From Candidatus Latescibacterota bacterium (lineage in GTDB: Bacteria; Latescibacterota; UBA2968; GCA-2709665), in the NCBI GenBank assembly GCA_965205485.1, contig OZ242180.1:4224001-4288000 (forward strand): a stretch of DNA of 64,000 nt, read 5' to 3'. The notes under the pieces were generated by a model, which was given only the letters and a program-made list of their open reading frames with translations, was not told the origin of the DNA and ran no database searches. Made by a program: the position numbers and the translations under genes. Positions 31,484 to 41,275 of this stretch are shown in pieces. How positions within the stretch are numbered: position 1 is the stretch's first letter; every line of letters starts with the position of its first letter.

Positions 31484-31605
31484 GTCCTTTAGCCCCCAGG
31501 CGGCGAGACACGAACAGCGTCCGAGGCTTTCCCGGGTCCCGAAGCATCGCCCTGTCACGCCGGGCTTCACGCTTCGAATTTGAACGTCTTCCAAAAGGAA
31601 CACCA

Positions 31606-32379
31606 ATGCTTGAAATCAAAGATCTCCACGCAAGCGTAGACGACACCGGGATCCTCACCGGTATCGACCTGAAAATTAATGCCGGAGAAATCCATGCCAT
31701 TATGGGGCCGAACGGGTCCGGCAAGAGCACCCTTGCGCAGGTGTTGGCCGGTCGTGAAGAATATGACGTCACCCGGGGCGAGGTTACCTACGAGGGCGTA
31801 GACCTGCTGGATCTGGACCCGGAAGAACGCGCCCAGGCCGGCGTTTTCATGGCCTTCCAGTATCCGGTGGAGATTCCCGGCGTCAACAGCGCCTATTTTC
31901 TCCGTACGGCACTCAATGAGCTCCGCAGGGCACGCGGCCAGGATGAACTCGACGCGATGGATTTTCTCGCCCTTTCCCGGGACAAGCTCAAACTGGTGGA
32001 AATGGACGAGTCCTTTCTCAATCGGGCGGTCAACGAGGGTTTCTCCGGCGGTGAGAAGAAGCGAAACGAGATTTTCCAGATGGCTATGCTCGAGCCCAGG
32101 CTGGCCATCATGGACGAAACCGACTCCGGATTGGATATCGACGCCCTGAAAATCGTGGCCGACGGCGTAAATGCGCTTCACCGGAAAAACCCCGATGGCG
32201 CGGTCCTCGTGGTCACTCACTATCAGCGGCTGCTGAATTACATCGTGCCGGACTTCGTGCATGTTCTTTTGAAGGGCCGGATTGTCAAATCGGGCGACAA
32301 GGACCTCGCCCGGAAGCTGGAAGCGGAAGGCTACGATTGGATTCGAGAGGAATCTACGGCCCGATTCGCCCGCGCCTAA
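31606..32379 (+). CDS. sufC: Fe-S assembly ABC ATPase SufC
   Basis: [51 protein letters not shown]. Confidence 0.97.
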   Translation: MLEIKDLHASVDDTGILTGIDLKINAGEIHAIMGPNGSGKSTLAQVLAGREEYDVTRGEVTYEGVDLLDLDPEERAQAGVFMAFQYPVEIPGVNSAYFLRTALNELRRARGQDELDAMDFLALSRDKLKLVEMDESFLNRAVNEGFSGGEKKRNEIFQMAMLEPRLAIMDETDSGLDIDALKIVADGVNALHRKNPDGAVLVVTHYQRLLNYIVPDFVHVLLKGRIVKSGDKDLARKLEAEGYDWIREESTARFARA

Positions 32380-32592
32380 GAAGTCGTTTTAAAATTGCCG
32401 GTGAGTTCCCGAGCGCGAGCGAAAAAGTGGCGGTTATGAGGCGCGAGGGGCGCGCAGCGCAGACGGGAGAATCCGCCCGTATCCTAATGTATCGTGGCTG
32501 CGCGCCCCTCGCCACTCTTGGGTGGGTTTGACCAACGCCGACCGGCGCTTTTGCAGCCGCGCGAAGACCGCTGGGAATTTTAAGACAGCTTC
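32380..32592 (-). mobile_element. MITE copy 2 (213 bp), reverse orientation, with the central core inverted relative to the arms
   Basis: Perfect TAA/TAA duplication (32377-79, which is the sufC stop, and 32593-95). Arms are the reverse complement of copy 1, but core 32479-32519 reads in the same + orientation as the copy-1 core. Confidence 0.88.
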
Positions 32593-32611
32593 TAAAGGAG
32601 GCAGCCGAAAC

Positions 32612-33937
32612 ATGGGGTTCGAAGGCACACAAGGCTATCTGTCGGCATTTGCAAAGTCTGAGGAACGGCTGAACGGAAGGCCCGCCATGTCTCTGCACGA
32701 GCTTCGCAGGGCGGCGATCGGCCGATTCGAGGAACTCGGGTTTCCGGGTTCAAGGGACGAAGCCTGGTTTCACACGAATATCGCGCCGCTCGTCCGCAAG
32801 CCGTTTCGTACAACGACGCCGGAGGATGCACGTCGGGCCTGGAAATCGGAACACCCATTTCAGGAACTGACTGCGACGCGCCTGGTCTTCGTGAATGGCT
32901 TCTACAGCGCCGAAGATTCCAGTGCGGGGAGCCTCCCGAACGGTGTGCGGGCATGCAGCCTTGCGGAATTGAAGGCCTCCGAGTCGGATTGGGTGGAAGG
33001 CAATATCGCGCGGCACGCCGATTACGATGAACACGCTTTTGTCGCGCTCAACACCGCGTTTCTACAGGATGGCGCCTTCATACACGTCCCTCGAGGCACC
33101 GTTGTGGAAACGCCCATTCACGTGGTTTTTGTTTCAACAGCTTCAGGCGTCCCTTCCATTTCACACCCCCGTACCCTCGTACTGGCCGAAGAAAACAGCC
33201 AGGTGACGATCATCGAATCCTATACGGGCGACGGAGCCTATTTCACGAACGCGGTGACCGAAGTGATCGCCGACGACAGCGCGATCGTGGATCACTACAA
33301 GCTGGAGCTCGAGAGTCCGGAGGCGTATCATATCGCCACGATGCAGAGCCGCCAGGGCGCCCGCAGCGATTTGTCCACGCACGCGATCTCTATCGGCGGC
33401 AGACTGGTGCGCAACGAAGTCAACGCGCTGTTGGCCGGTGAAGCCGGTGAAGCCACGGTCAATGGCTTCTATCTGACCGATCGCGAGCAGCATATCGACA
33501 ACCATACCCTGATCGAACACGCCGAGCCGAATTGCAATAGCCACGAACTTTACAAGGGGATACTCGGCGGCAGATCCAGCGGCGTGTTTCGAGGCAAGAT
33601 ACATGTACACCAGAAAGCTCAGGAGACCGACGCGTACCAGAGCAACCAGAGTCTGCTCGTCTCGGAAGGTGCCGACATCAATACCAAGCCGCAACTCGAA
33701 ATCTACGCCGATCAGGTCAAGTGCTCGCACGGCGCAACGATCGGTCAGCTCGATGAAAACGCGGTCTTCTATCTGCGCTCGCGCGGGTTGAGTCACGCGA
33801 CCGCTCAACGTATTCTGGTACACGCGTTCGCGGTCGACATCCTGAACAGAATCAAGCCCGAATCCGTCAGAAACTACCTGGAACGAATTGTCATGGAAAA
33901 ATTCGAACAGGCGCGGGAGGCCGGAGACGCGCCATGA
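32612..33937 (+). CDS. sufD: Fe-S assembly protein SufD (start reassigned to ATG 32612)
   Basis: AAAGGAGG RBS immediately after the MITE; LVFVNG, ALNTAF, KPQLEIYADQVKCSHGATIGQLD, FYLRSRG. Confidence 0.95.
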   Translation: MGFEGTQGYLSAFAKSEERLNGRPAMSLHELRRAAIGRFEELGFPGSRDEAWFHTNIAPLVRKPFRTTTPEDARRAWKSEHPFQELTATRLVFVNGFYSAEDSSAGSLPNGVRACSLAELKASESDWVEGNIARHADYDEHAFVALNTAFLQDGAFIHVPRGTVVETPIHVVFVSTASGVPSISHPRTLVLAEENSQVTIIESYTGDGAYFTNAVTEVIADDSAIVDHYKLELESPEAYHIATMQSRQGARSDLSTHAISIGGRLVRNEVNALLAGEAGEATVNGFYLTDREQHIDNHTLIEHAEPNCNSHELYKGILGGRSSGVFRGKIHVHQKAQETDAYQSNQSLLVSEGADINTKPQLEIYADQVKCSHGATIGQLDENAVFYLRSRGLSHATAQRILVHAFAVDILNRIKPESVRNYLERIVMEKFEQAREAGDAP

Positions 33938-35214
33938 GCCCTACTGCACATGCCCTGGCCGAACGGCTCTCCTGCCCGCTCGTCGAACGCGCGGGGCCTT
34001 TCGATCCCCACCGTATCCGGCGGGACTTTCCGGTACTGGACCAATCCGTTCGGGGCAAGCCACTGGTCTACCTGGACAACGCCGCTACAACCCAGAAGCC
34101 CCGGGATGTACTAGACGTCCTCGAAGTCTTCTACGAAGCGGCGAATGCGAACGTACACCGCGGCGTCCATCATCTCAGCCAGATCGCAACGGATTCTTAC
34201 GAGGGTGCGCGCAACAAGGTCCGCCGGTTTCTGAACGCGGCCCACGACCGGGAGATCATCTTCACCAGCGGAACCACGGACAGCATCAATCTCGTTGCCC
34301 AGACGTTTGGGCGAAAATCCGTCGAGGCCGGCGACGAAATCCTCATAACCCAAATGGAACACCATTCGAATATCGTGCCCTGGCAGATGCTCTGTGAGGA
34401 AAGAGGCGTGAAACTCCGTGTTATCCCCATCGACGACAACGGCGAGTTGCAGATCGACAGGCTCGAGTCACTGATGAACGAACGTACGAAACTCGTGTCC
34501 GTCGTCCACGTGTCGAACGTCCTGGGCACCCTCAATCCGGTTGCTTCAATCGCGGAATCGGCGCGAGAACGCGGTATCCCCGTACTGCTGGACGGAGCAC
34601 AGGCCGCTCCTCATTTCAAGGTGGACGTTCAGGCGTTGGGGTGCGACTTCTATGCCTTCTCGGGGCACAAACTATACGGTCCGACCGGTATCGGAGTGCT
34701 CTACGGAAGAAGCGAACTGCTGGATTCGATGCCGCCATACAGGGGAGGCGGCGGCATGATTCGAGAGGTCTCGCTTGAAAAAACCACCTATGCCGATGCG
34801 CCTGCCCGTTTCGAAGCGGGCACGCCCCATATTGCCGGTTGCATCGGGCTGGGCGCCGCCATCGACTATCTGAACCGGATCGACCTGGAAGCCGCCGCCG
34901 CGTACGAGAATGAACTGTTCGCCTACGCAACAGACGCGCTTTCCGAGATATCGGGATTGAGAATCATTGGTACCGCGCAAGACAGAGTCAGCGTTATTTC
35001 CTTTGTTCTGAAAGGCGTACACCCGCACGACGTCGGTACCGTTGTCGATCAGCACGGGGTGGCGGTCCGCGCCGGACACCACTGCGCCCAACCCGTCATG
35101 CGCCACTTCAATATTCCCGCAACAACACGTGCGGCTACAGCGTTTTACAATACACGGGAAGACATCGACACGCTCGTACGGGCTTTGCACGCGGCCAGAG
35201 AGATTTTTCGTTAA
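33934..35214 (+). CDS. sufS: Cysteine desulfurase SufS
   Basis: YLDNAATTQKP, NVHRGVH, EHHSNIVPW, FSGHK (PLP Lys), RAGHHCAQP. Confidence 0.97.
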   Translation: MSPTAHALAERLSCPLVERAGPFDPHRIRRDFPVLDQSVRGKPLVYLDNAATTQKPRDVLDVLEVFYEAANANVHRGVHHLSQIATDSYEGARNKVRRFLNAAHDREIIFTSGTTDSINLVAQTFGRKSVEAGDEILITQMEHHSNIVPWQMLCEERGVKLRVIPIDDNGELQIDRLESLMNERTKLVSVVHVSNVLGTLNPVASIAESARERGIPVLLDGAQAAPHFKVDVQALGCDFYAFSGHKLYGPTGIGVLYGRSELLDSMPPYRGGGGMIREVSLEKTTYADAPARFEAGTPHIAGCIGLGAAIDYLNRIDLEAAAAYENELFAYATDALSEISGLRIIGTAQDRVSVISFVLKGVHPHDVGTVVDQHGVAVRAGHHCAQPVMRHFNIPATTRAATAFYNTREDIDTLVRALHAAREIFR

Positions 35215-35666
35215 TGTCCAACCTCAGAGAGCTGTACCAGCAGGTCATTCTTGACCACAACCGGAGTCCGCGCAACTACCGGTGCATGTGCGATGCCGAC
35301 CGGACGTCAGAGGGACACAACCCGCTGTGCGGCGACCACTTGAGCCTATATGTCAAGCTCGACGGGAGTACGATAGCAGATATTGCCTTTCAGGGCGAAG
35401 GATGCGCCATCTCCAAAGCGTCGGCATCCCTGATGACGGACGCCGTGAAGGGTCAGACCCTCGAGTGCGCGCAATCGCTCTTTGGAAGATTCCGTGACCT
35501 CGTCACAAGCGATGTGTCTACCGAACCGGCTGTCGACGGCATCGGCAAGCTGGCCGTCTTCGTTGGCGTGAGAGAATTCCCCGTGCGTATCAAATGCGCA
35601 ACCCTGGCGTGGCATACGCTCAAGGCTGCACTCGAAAACAGCAAATTGCCGGTGACCACCGAGTAG
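35214..35666 (+). CDS. sufU: SufU sulfur-transfer/scaffold protein
   Basis: LYQQVILDH, NPLCGD, GCAISKASAS, RIKCATLAW. Confidence 0.95.
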   Translation: MSNLRELYQQVILDHNRSPRNYRCMCDADRTSEGHNPLCGDHLSLYVKLDGSTIADIAFQGEGCAISKASASLMTDAVKGQTLECAQSLFGRFRDLVTSDVSTEPAVDGIGKLAVFVGVREFPVRIKCATLAWHTLKAALENSKLPVTTE

Positions 35667-35689
35667 GTATCCATCGGGAGGGTATCATC

Positions 35690-36193
35690 TTGCTCGAACG
35701 ACTGCTGAACCGTCTCTACGGAAATGAGGAAGGCGAGTCCTCGGCGCGAAGGGACGACGTAGCGGATTCCGGAGCCGCAGACGCGACGACCCCCGTGGAC
35801 ACGAGCGCGCTCACGGAGCACGCCGCCAGACGACAGGAAGAAAAGCAGGAGTCGACCGAAGCGGCCGGAACCGATGGTTCGGTCGACACGGATGTCGTCA
35901 AAGAGAACATCATCGCCGCACATCGCACGGTATTCGACCCGGAAATTCCCGTCAATATCTACGATATCGGCCTTATATACGACATCAAAGTTGAACCCTC
36001 CGGGATGACCCACGTCCGGATGACCCTCACCTCCCCCGCCTGTCCGGCCGCGGGAATCCTTCCCGGTCAGGTAGAAAGCGCTACACGATCGGTTGCCGGA
36101 GTACGCGACGTCATCCTGGACCTGACCTTCGACCCGCCATGGAACCCGGAAATGATGTCCGAAGCCGCGAGGCTCGAACTCGGGCTCCTTTAG
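35690..36193 (+). CDS. sufT: SufT/DUF59 Fe-S assembly protein with an acidic N-terminal extension
   Basis: DPEIPVNIYDIGLIY, MTLTSPACP, FDPPW..EMMSEAARLELG; TTG start after GGGAGG. Confidence 0.85.
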   Translation: MLERLLNRLYGNEEGESSARRDDVADSGAADATTPVDTSALTEHAARRQEEKQESTEAAGTDGSVDTDVVKENIIAAHRTVFDPEIPVNIYDIGLIYDIKVEPSGMTHVRMTLTSPACPAAGILPGQVESATRSVAGVRDVILDLTFDPPWNPEMMSEAARLELGLL

Positions 36194-36309
36194 GTCGACG
36201 GCGGCCGCATTCCCCCTGTGCGCCGGGAACGTTCCCGCTCAACCGCGCCGCCTTGACCCAGCGGACGGCGCGGATCAGACTCCATCCCGACAAGAATTGG
36301 GAAGGCTCC

Positions 36310-36789
36310 ATGAAATTGAGCGCAGGTGAAGAATACGGGCTTCGGTGCCTGCTCCAGATCGGCCGGCGGCAGCGAGAAACCGGCGGCGGCCTTTCCATAT
36401 CTGAAATCAGCCGGATCGAAGGCCTCTCGGTCCCGAATGTCGCAAAGCTGATGCGCCTTCTTCGGCTTGGAGGATTTGTCGAGAGCTCCCGGGGTCAGTC
36501 CGGAGGATACCGACTTGCGCAATCGGCCGACATGATTGTGGTGGGAGATGTGCTGGCCGCCCTGGGCGGGCGGATGTTCAATCCTGATTTCTGCGAAGAT
36601 CACGCGGGCCGTGAAGGGTTGTGTACGCACTCCGTCGACTGTTCCATCCGGTCGCTGTGGAGCTCGGTGCAATCTGTGATCGATCAGCTCCTCAGCCGCG
36701 TCACGCTGGATGATCTTCTGGGAGAAGAACAGGCCATGGATGCATGTCTGCAGAACGTAACCGAAGAGTTGATTCAGGTGTCGGGTTAG
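36310..36789 (+). CDS. Rrf2-family regulator with three C-terminal Cys (IscR-like Fe-S sensor)
   Basis: EYGLRCLL, SSRGQSGGYRLA, C..H.....C.....C pattern. Confidence 0.88.
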   Translation: MKLSAGEEYGLRCLLQIGRRQRETGGGLSISEISRIEGLSVPNVAKLMRLLRLGGFVESSRGQSGGYRLAQSADMIVVGDVLAALGGRMFNPDFCEDHAGREGLCTHSVDCSIRSLWSSVQSVIDQLLSRVTLDDLLGEEQAMDACLQNVTEELIQVSG

Positions 36790-36890
36790 CTGCCCGCCTG
36801 CAATGCGAGTCCAACACGTTGCATCGCGGGGGCCGCACCCGCCGTCGTAAAACCAGGTGACGACTCCAAACATACCTACCGAGGTGTTCA

Positions 36891-37385
36891 ATGGGACTTG
36901 AGACGGGCCTTGGCGACAACGTCATTACCACCACGCTGTCAAAGATGATCAACTGGGCACGCAAGTCATCACTCTGGCCGATGCCGTTCGGCACGGCTTG
37001 CTGCGCCATCGAAATGATGGCCACGCTATCCGGACGCTTCGACATGGCCCGGTTCGGCGCGGAGGCCGTACGGTTCTCACCACGACAGTCCGACCTGCTC
37101 ATCGTATCGGGCCGGATATCGATCAAGATGATGCCTGTACTCAAGAAGATATACGACCAGATGCCGGATCCGAAGTGGGTGATTTCCATGGGTGCGTGCG
37201 CATCGTCAGGAGGCGTCTTCAATACTTATACGCTGGTTCAGGGCGTGGACCAGTTTCTTCCGGTCGACGTCTACGTGCCCGGCTGTCCCCCCCGGCCCGA
37301 AGATCTGCTGTCCGCGCTTATGAAGATACAGGAAAAGATAGACCGGGAACAACCCGCAAGGTCAGCCGTGGCGCTGGAATCCTGA
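36891..37385 (+). CDS. nuoB: Second, orphan NuoB-like [4Fe-4S] subunit
   Basis: [41 protein letters not shown]; no adjacent nuoA/C/D. Confidence 0.9.
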   Translation: MGLETGLGDNVITTTLSKMINWARKSSLWPMPFGTACCAIEMMATLSGRFDMARFGAEAVRFSPRQSDLLIVSGRISIKMMPVLKKIYDQMPDPKWVISMGACASSGGVFNTYTLVQGVDQFLPVDVYVPGCPPRPEDLLSALMKIQEKIDREQPARSAVALES

Positions 37386-37425
37386 ACGTCCTGCCACTGC
37401 CAATCTCTCTGAGGGGAAGGTCGAT

Positions 37426-38010
37426 ATGAATATCACCGTTACCGAAGCCGCGCAGAAGGAGGTTGTCAACCTGATCGGGAGCCAGGATTCGGACATCGTT
37501 GGCGTTCGAGTCAAGGCCGAGGCGGTGTCGCCACTGCAGGCCAATTACCGTCTCGCATTCGTTGCCCGCGGTCAGGAAGAGGATGACGACGTCGTCACGC
37601 CGTTCGAGGGGTTCAACATCTACGTAGACCCGGTAAGCGCGCCCTATGCCGAGGATATTTCGCTGGACTTCGTGGACAGCCTGATGGGCAGAGGGTTCAA
37701 AATCGAGAATCCCAACAAAGTACCGCCGCATCTGAAGGGCACGGCAGCCGAAAAGATCCAGAACATCATCGACGAAAAGATCAACCCCAGCGTCGCCATG
37801 CACGGCGGCCACATCTCACTGATCGACGTAAAGGATAACAAAGCATACGTCCAGTTCGGCGGCGGATGTCAGGGTTGCGGTATGGTGGACGTCACGCTCA
37901 AGCAGGGCGTCGAAGTTCTCATCAAGGAGGCTGTGCCGGAAATTGAAGAAATCCTCGACGTGACCGAACACGCGGACGGCACAAACCCCTATTATCAAAC
38001 CTCAAAATAG
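37426..38010 (+). CDS. nfuA: NfuA-type Fe-S carrier (degenerate A-type domain plus Nfu domain)
   Basis: ITVTEAA N-terminal domain without Cys; INPSVAMHGG, GGGCQGCG, TLKQGVE, DVTEH..GTNPY. Confidence 0.9.
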   Translation: MNITVTEAAQKEVVNLIGSQDSDIVGVRVKAEAVSPLQANYRLAFVARGQEEDDDVVTPFEGFNIYVDPVSAPYAEDISLDFVDSLMGRGFKIENPNKVPPHLKGTAAEKIQNIIDEKINPSVAMHGGHISLIDVKDNKAYVQFGGGCQGCGMVDVTLKQGVEVLIKEAVPEIEEILDVTEHADGTNPYYQTSK

Positions 38011-38025
38011 CGAGCGCAAACGACA

Positions 38026-38070
38026 AATGGCAGACACCATGGGGACCTCCCCGTTGTCTGCCGTTTTTTT
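38026..38070 (+). terminator. Intrinsic terminator after nfuA
   Basis: GGCAGACA..GGGG-ACCT-CCCC..TGTCTGCC stem followed by G and 7 T. Confidence 0.8.
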
Positions 38071-38083
38071 GGATGGTCGACCA

Positions 38084-39511
38084 TTGACGATCAATAGCCC
38101 ATCGGGTCCGTTCAAAGCTGTACTCGTGTCCACGTACGAACTGGGTCGACAGCCATTCGGTCTGGCCTCGCCGGCAGCGTGGCTGCGGAGGGCGGGCATC
38201 GATGTGGTCCAGGCCGACGTTTCGATCGAAGATTTTCCCGCCAAAGACGTGCGCGACGCCGATCTCGTGGCGTTCTACGTGCCAATGCATACCGCGACGC
38301 GTCTTGCCGTTCCACTTGCCTTGCGGGCTCGAGAGCTGAATGCCAACGCTCACCTCTGCTTTTTCGGGCTCTATGCTTCGGTCAACGAATCCTTCCTGAG
38401 AAGCCTGGGCGCACAGACCATTCTCGGCGGTGAATTCGAAAACGGTCTTCTTCAACTGTGCAATCGCCTGCGGGAGGCTTCAGGCGCGAACGGAACGCAG
38501 GAAGAACCCGTCGTTTCCCTCGCAAGACAGCATTTTCATCCGCCCGATCGTACAGGCCTTCCCAACCTGTCCCGTTACGCAAGTCTTTGCACCGGCGACG
38601 GACGTCTCAAAACCGTCGGCTATACAGAGGCAAGCCGTGGCTGCAAGCATCTCTGTCGCCATTGTCCCGTGGTGCCCGTGTACGGCGGCAGGTTCCGGAT
38701 CGTACAAAGCGACATCGTACTTGACGACATCGCCCAACAGGTCGCATCGGGTGCGGGCCACATCACGTTTGGCGATCCTGACTTCTTCAACGGCATCGGC
38801 CACGCCCTGCCGCTTGTCGAAGCGCTCCACGGGAGATTTCCCGATCTCACCTACGACGTTACCGTAAAGATCGAACATCTCTTGCGATTTCGCCGCTATC
38901 TGCCCACCCTCCGAGATACCGGGTGTGCACTCGTTACGACCGCGGTCGAGTCCCTCGACAACCGTGTTCTCACGCTGCTGGACAAGGGTCATACAGTCGA
39001 GGACTTTTACGAAGTCGTGGACGTCTTCACGAAACACGGGCTCGTGATGAATCCGACGTTCATTCCGTTTACGCCCTGGATCACCATGGAGGGATATGCC
39101 AGCTTTCTGGACACGCTCGCCGGCCTCGACCTGATCGAGTACGTCTCTCCCGTTCAGCTCACCATCAGGCTGCTTATTCCCGGGCAATCAAAGCTGCTGG
39201 ACCTTGCCGACGTGCGCAATTCTGTGGGTCCGTTCGAACCGGCAGCGTTGTCCTACCCCTGGGCGCATCCCGACGCCCGTCTGGACCGGCTTCAGAATGA
39301 ACTGACCCGGCTGGTCACACGGCTTCAGAACAGGGACGCTCCCCGGCGTGAGATCTTCCACAGGATCCGTTCGCGTGTGTACGGCCTGACGGACCGCCCC
39401 GCCCCAATCGCGGGTTTTGATGCGGACTCGGCCCGCCTGTCGCTTCCCCGGCTCACCGAACCCTGGTACTGCTGAGCGGAACCCACCGAAGAGCAGTTCG
39501 CTCTTGTCTGA
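38084..39511 (+). CDS. CUAEP-tail radical SAM selenoprotein (B12-binding-like N-domain plus radical SAM); UGA 39473-75 read as Sec
   Basis: STYELGRQPFGLASPAAWL; CxxxCxxC (GCKHLCRHC); FGDPDF. The frame continues WYC-TGA-AEPTEEQFALV-TGA. The TTG 38084 start is chosen because the upstream ATG lies in the terminator. Confidence 0.85.
39489..39505 (+). promoter_or_regulatory. Putative bacterial SECIS hairpin
   Basis: AAGAGC-AGTTC-GCTCTT stem-loop starting 14 nt after the in-frame UGA, with a G in the apical loop. Confidence 0.65.
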
Positions 39512-39582
39512 CCTGTGAAGCCACTCGAAACAACAACACTTCCTTTCATCAATCCCCGCCCAACCGGCTTGTTCACTGCCGT

Positions 39583-40803
39583 TCAATCCTCAATCACGAC
39601 GTCCAGCAGTCCATTGGCCTCCCTGAGCGCCGTTTCCACCGCCTCGGGCGTCCTCCCGCGCGCGAAGATGAACCCCAGATACCGGTCTCCTTCGGGCAGC
39701 GGCTGAACGGTCTGCCCCCTTGGAACCGTGATCACGACGTCCAGAATTCCCGGCATACGCCGTGCACGTGCCGTCCCGCGCACCTGCCGAAGCGTTCCCG
39801 GCTTCGGCACCGGAAGCATGATCACTCCCGCCGCCGTATCCTCCCGGAGTAAATCGCCCGGAGCTCGACCCGCTGCCTGGCGCAGGATCAGTTCTTCCAG
39901 CGACACGCCCGCGCCGAAGCGCAATACCCGCGAACACAGCCCGCCAATGGATCGCGCCGCGATTTCCACCACGTGGATGCCACGCGCGTTCAGCCGTAAT
40001 TCCGCGTGTACCGGCCCCACGGTCAATCCCAGGGCCGTTGCGGCCTGTTGCGCGGCGACGCTTATCCGCGCCTGATCGCAATCTGATAGCCGGGACGGCG
40101 TAATGTACAGCGTCTCGGCGAAATATGGACCGCAGAGCGGGTCCGGTTTATCGAACAACGCGAGGGTGTGAAGCTCACCGTCGACAAGCAATCCCTCCAG
40201 CGCGACTTCCCGGCCGGGAATGTAGTCCTCCACCAGAATAGCCTCGGGCAAGCAATCTTCGGATCCCGAAATCATCCCCAGAATTCGATTGAAAGCAGCT
40301 ACGAAATCCGCCTCCTGGTCCGCCCGAATTACGCCGCGGCTCGCCGAGAGAGAAACGGGCTTCAATACGCACGGATAGTCGACGGTTGCGGCCGCTTCCG
40401 CCGGTTCGTCCCGAATTGAAAAAAGCCTGAACCCTGGCGAGGGCAGGCCTTTTTCGGCAAGCATCCGGCGCATCACGTGTTTGTAACGGGACGCCCGGAC
40501 GGACGAAACCGGATTGTGCGGCAGTCCAAGCGCCTCACAGGCCATCGCGGCGAGAACGACGGTCTCGTCGTCGACGCCGACCACCGCCCGGACGGGGTAT
40601 TCCTTCGAATGGGCGACGATCTTGCCGACCGATACTGCCGGCCTGGTGAAGTCCAGCGCGAGCGTCTTTCCGGGCGTCAGGCTCGCCAGCGCCTGGCGGC
40701 GGTCCGATCCAACGACCACGGCAACGTTAAGTGCAGCCGCCGCGGCCATGAAATCGCGGGTACGGTAGGTCGAAGTCGGAATAAGCAGCAGAAGCCGGTC
40801 CAT
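39583..40803 (-). CDS. ATP-grasp ligase (L-amino acid ligase-like)
   Basis: YPCVLKPVSLSASRGV, LVEDYIPGREVALEG, HAELR, EIAARSIGG; C-terminal YLGFIFARG. Confidence 0.88.
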   Translation of the reverse strand: MDRLLLLIPTSTYRTRDFMAAAAALNVAVVVGSDRRQALASLTPGKTLALDFTRPAVSVGKIVAHSKEYPVRAVVGVDDETVVLAAMACEALGLPHNPVSSVRASRYKHVMRRMLAEKGLPSPGFRLFSIRDEPAEAAATVDYPCVLKPVSLSASRGVIRADQEADFVAAFNRILGMISGSEDCLPEAILVEDYIPGREVALEGLLVDGELHTLALFDKPDPLCGPYFAETLYITPSRLSDCDQARISVAAQQAATALGLTVGPVHAELRLNARGIHVVEIAARSIGGLCSRVLRFGAGVSLEELILRQAAGRAPGDLLREDTAAGVIMLPVPKPGTLRQVRGTARARRMPGILDVVITVPRGQTVQPLPEGDRYLGFIFARGRTPEAVETALREANGLLDVVIED

Positions 40804-40849
40804 GGCCGACCCAGTCTTGGCAGCCCGTTGGAAAAGCCCATCCGGACTG

Positions 40850-41251
40850 CTACGCGCTCACGTCGTCGTCGCCGGAATTGGTGTCGGCTTCCGCATCGGC
40901 TTTCTTCCGGTCTCGTTTCTCCTTCAAGGCTTTCACTTTCGACAAGAGGTCGGGCGCCAGATCCAATAACCCCTTGATGGAGCCTTCCTTTTCCTGGACG
41001 GGAAGAATCTGGGCCTTTCCGTCTTGAATCACGACAAATGCCATGGGTTCCACGGATGCCCCGCCGCCGGTGCCGCTCCCGCTGCCGTCCGACTTGTCCC
41101 CGCCGCCACCCGCGCCGAACCCGAACGAAATCCTGGAGACGGGCACCACGACGGTGCCCCCGATATCGATTGGCTCCCCGACGACCGTCTCGGCCTTGAC
41201 GATTTGCCTGAATTCCGTCATCACCGTCCTGATGAGATCCTCAACTGACAT
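40850..41251 (-). CDS. GerW/YtfJ family protein
   Basis: TVVGEPI....VVPVSRISFGFGAGGG...GGGASVEPMAFVVI. Confidence 0.85.
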   Translation of the reverse strand: MSVEDLIRTVMTEFRQIVKAETVVGEPIDIGGTVVVPVSRISFGFGAGGGGDKSDGSGSGTGGGASVEPMAFVVIQDGKAQILPVQEKEGSIKGLLDLAPDLLSKVKALKEKRDRKKADAEADTNSGDDDVSA

Positions 41252-41275
41252 AATCCCTCCTTGAAGCCCGCTCAC

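Noticed and set aside
32522..32611. N-terminal extension of SufD in the ORF track
   Set aside because: It is mostly translated MITE sequence; the strong RBS and ATG are at 32594-32614.
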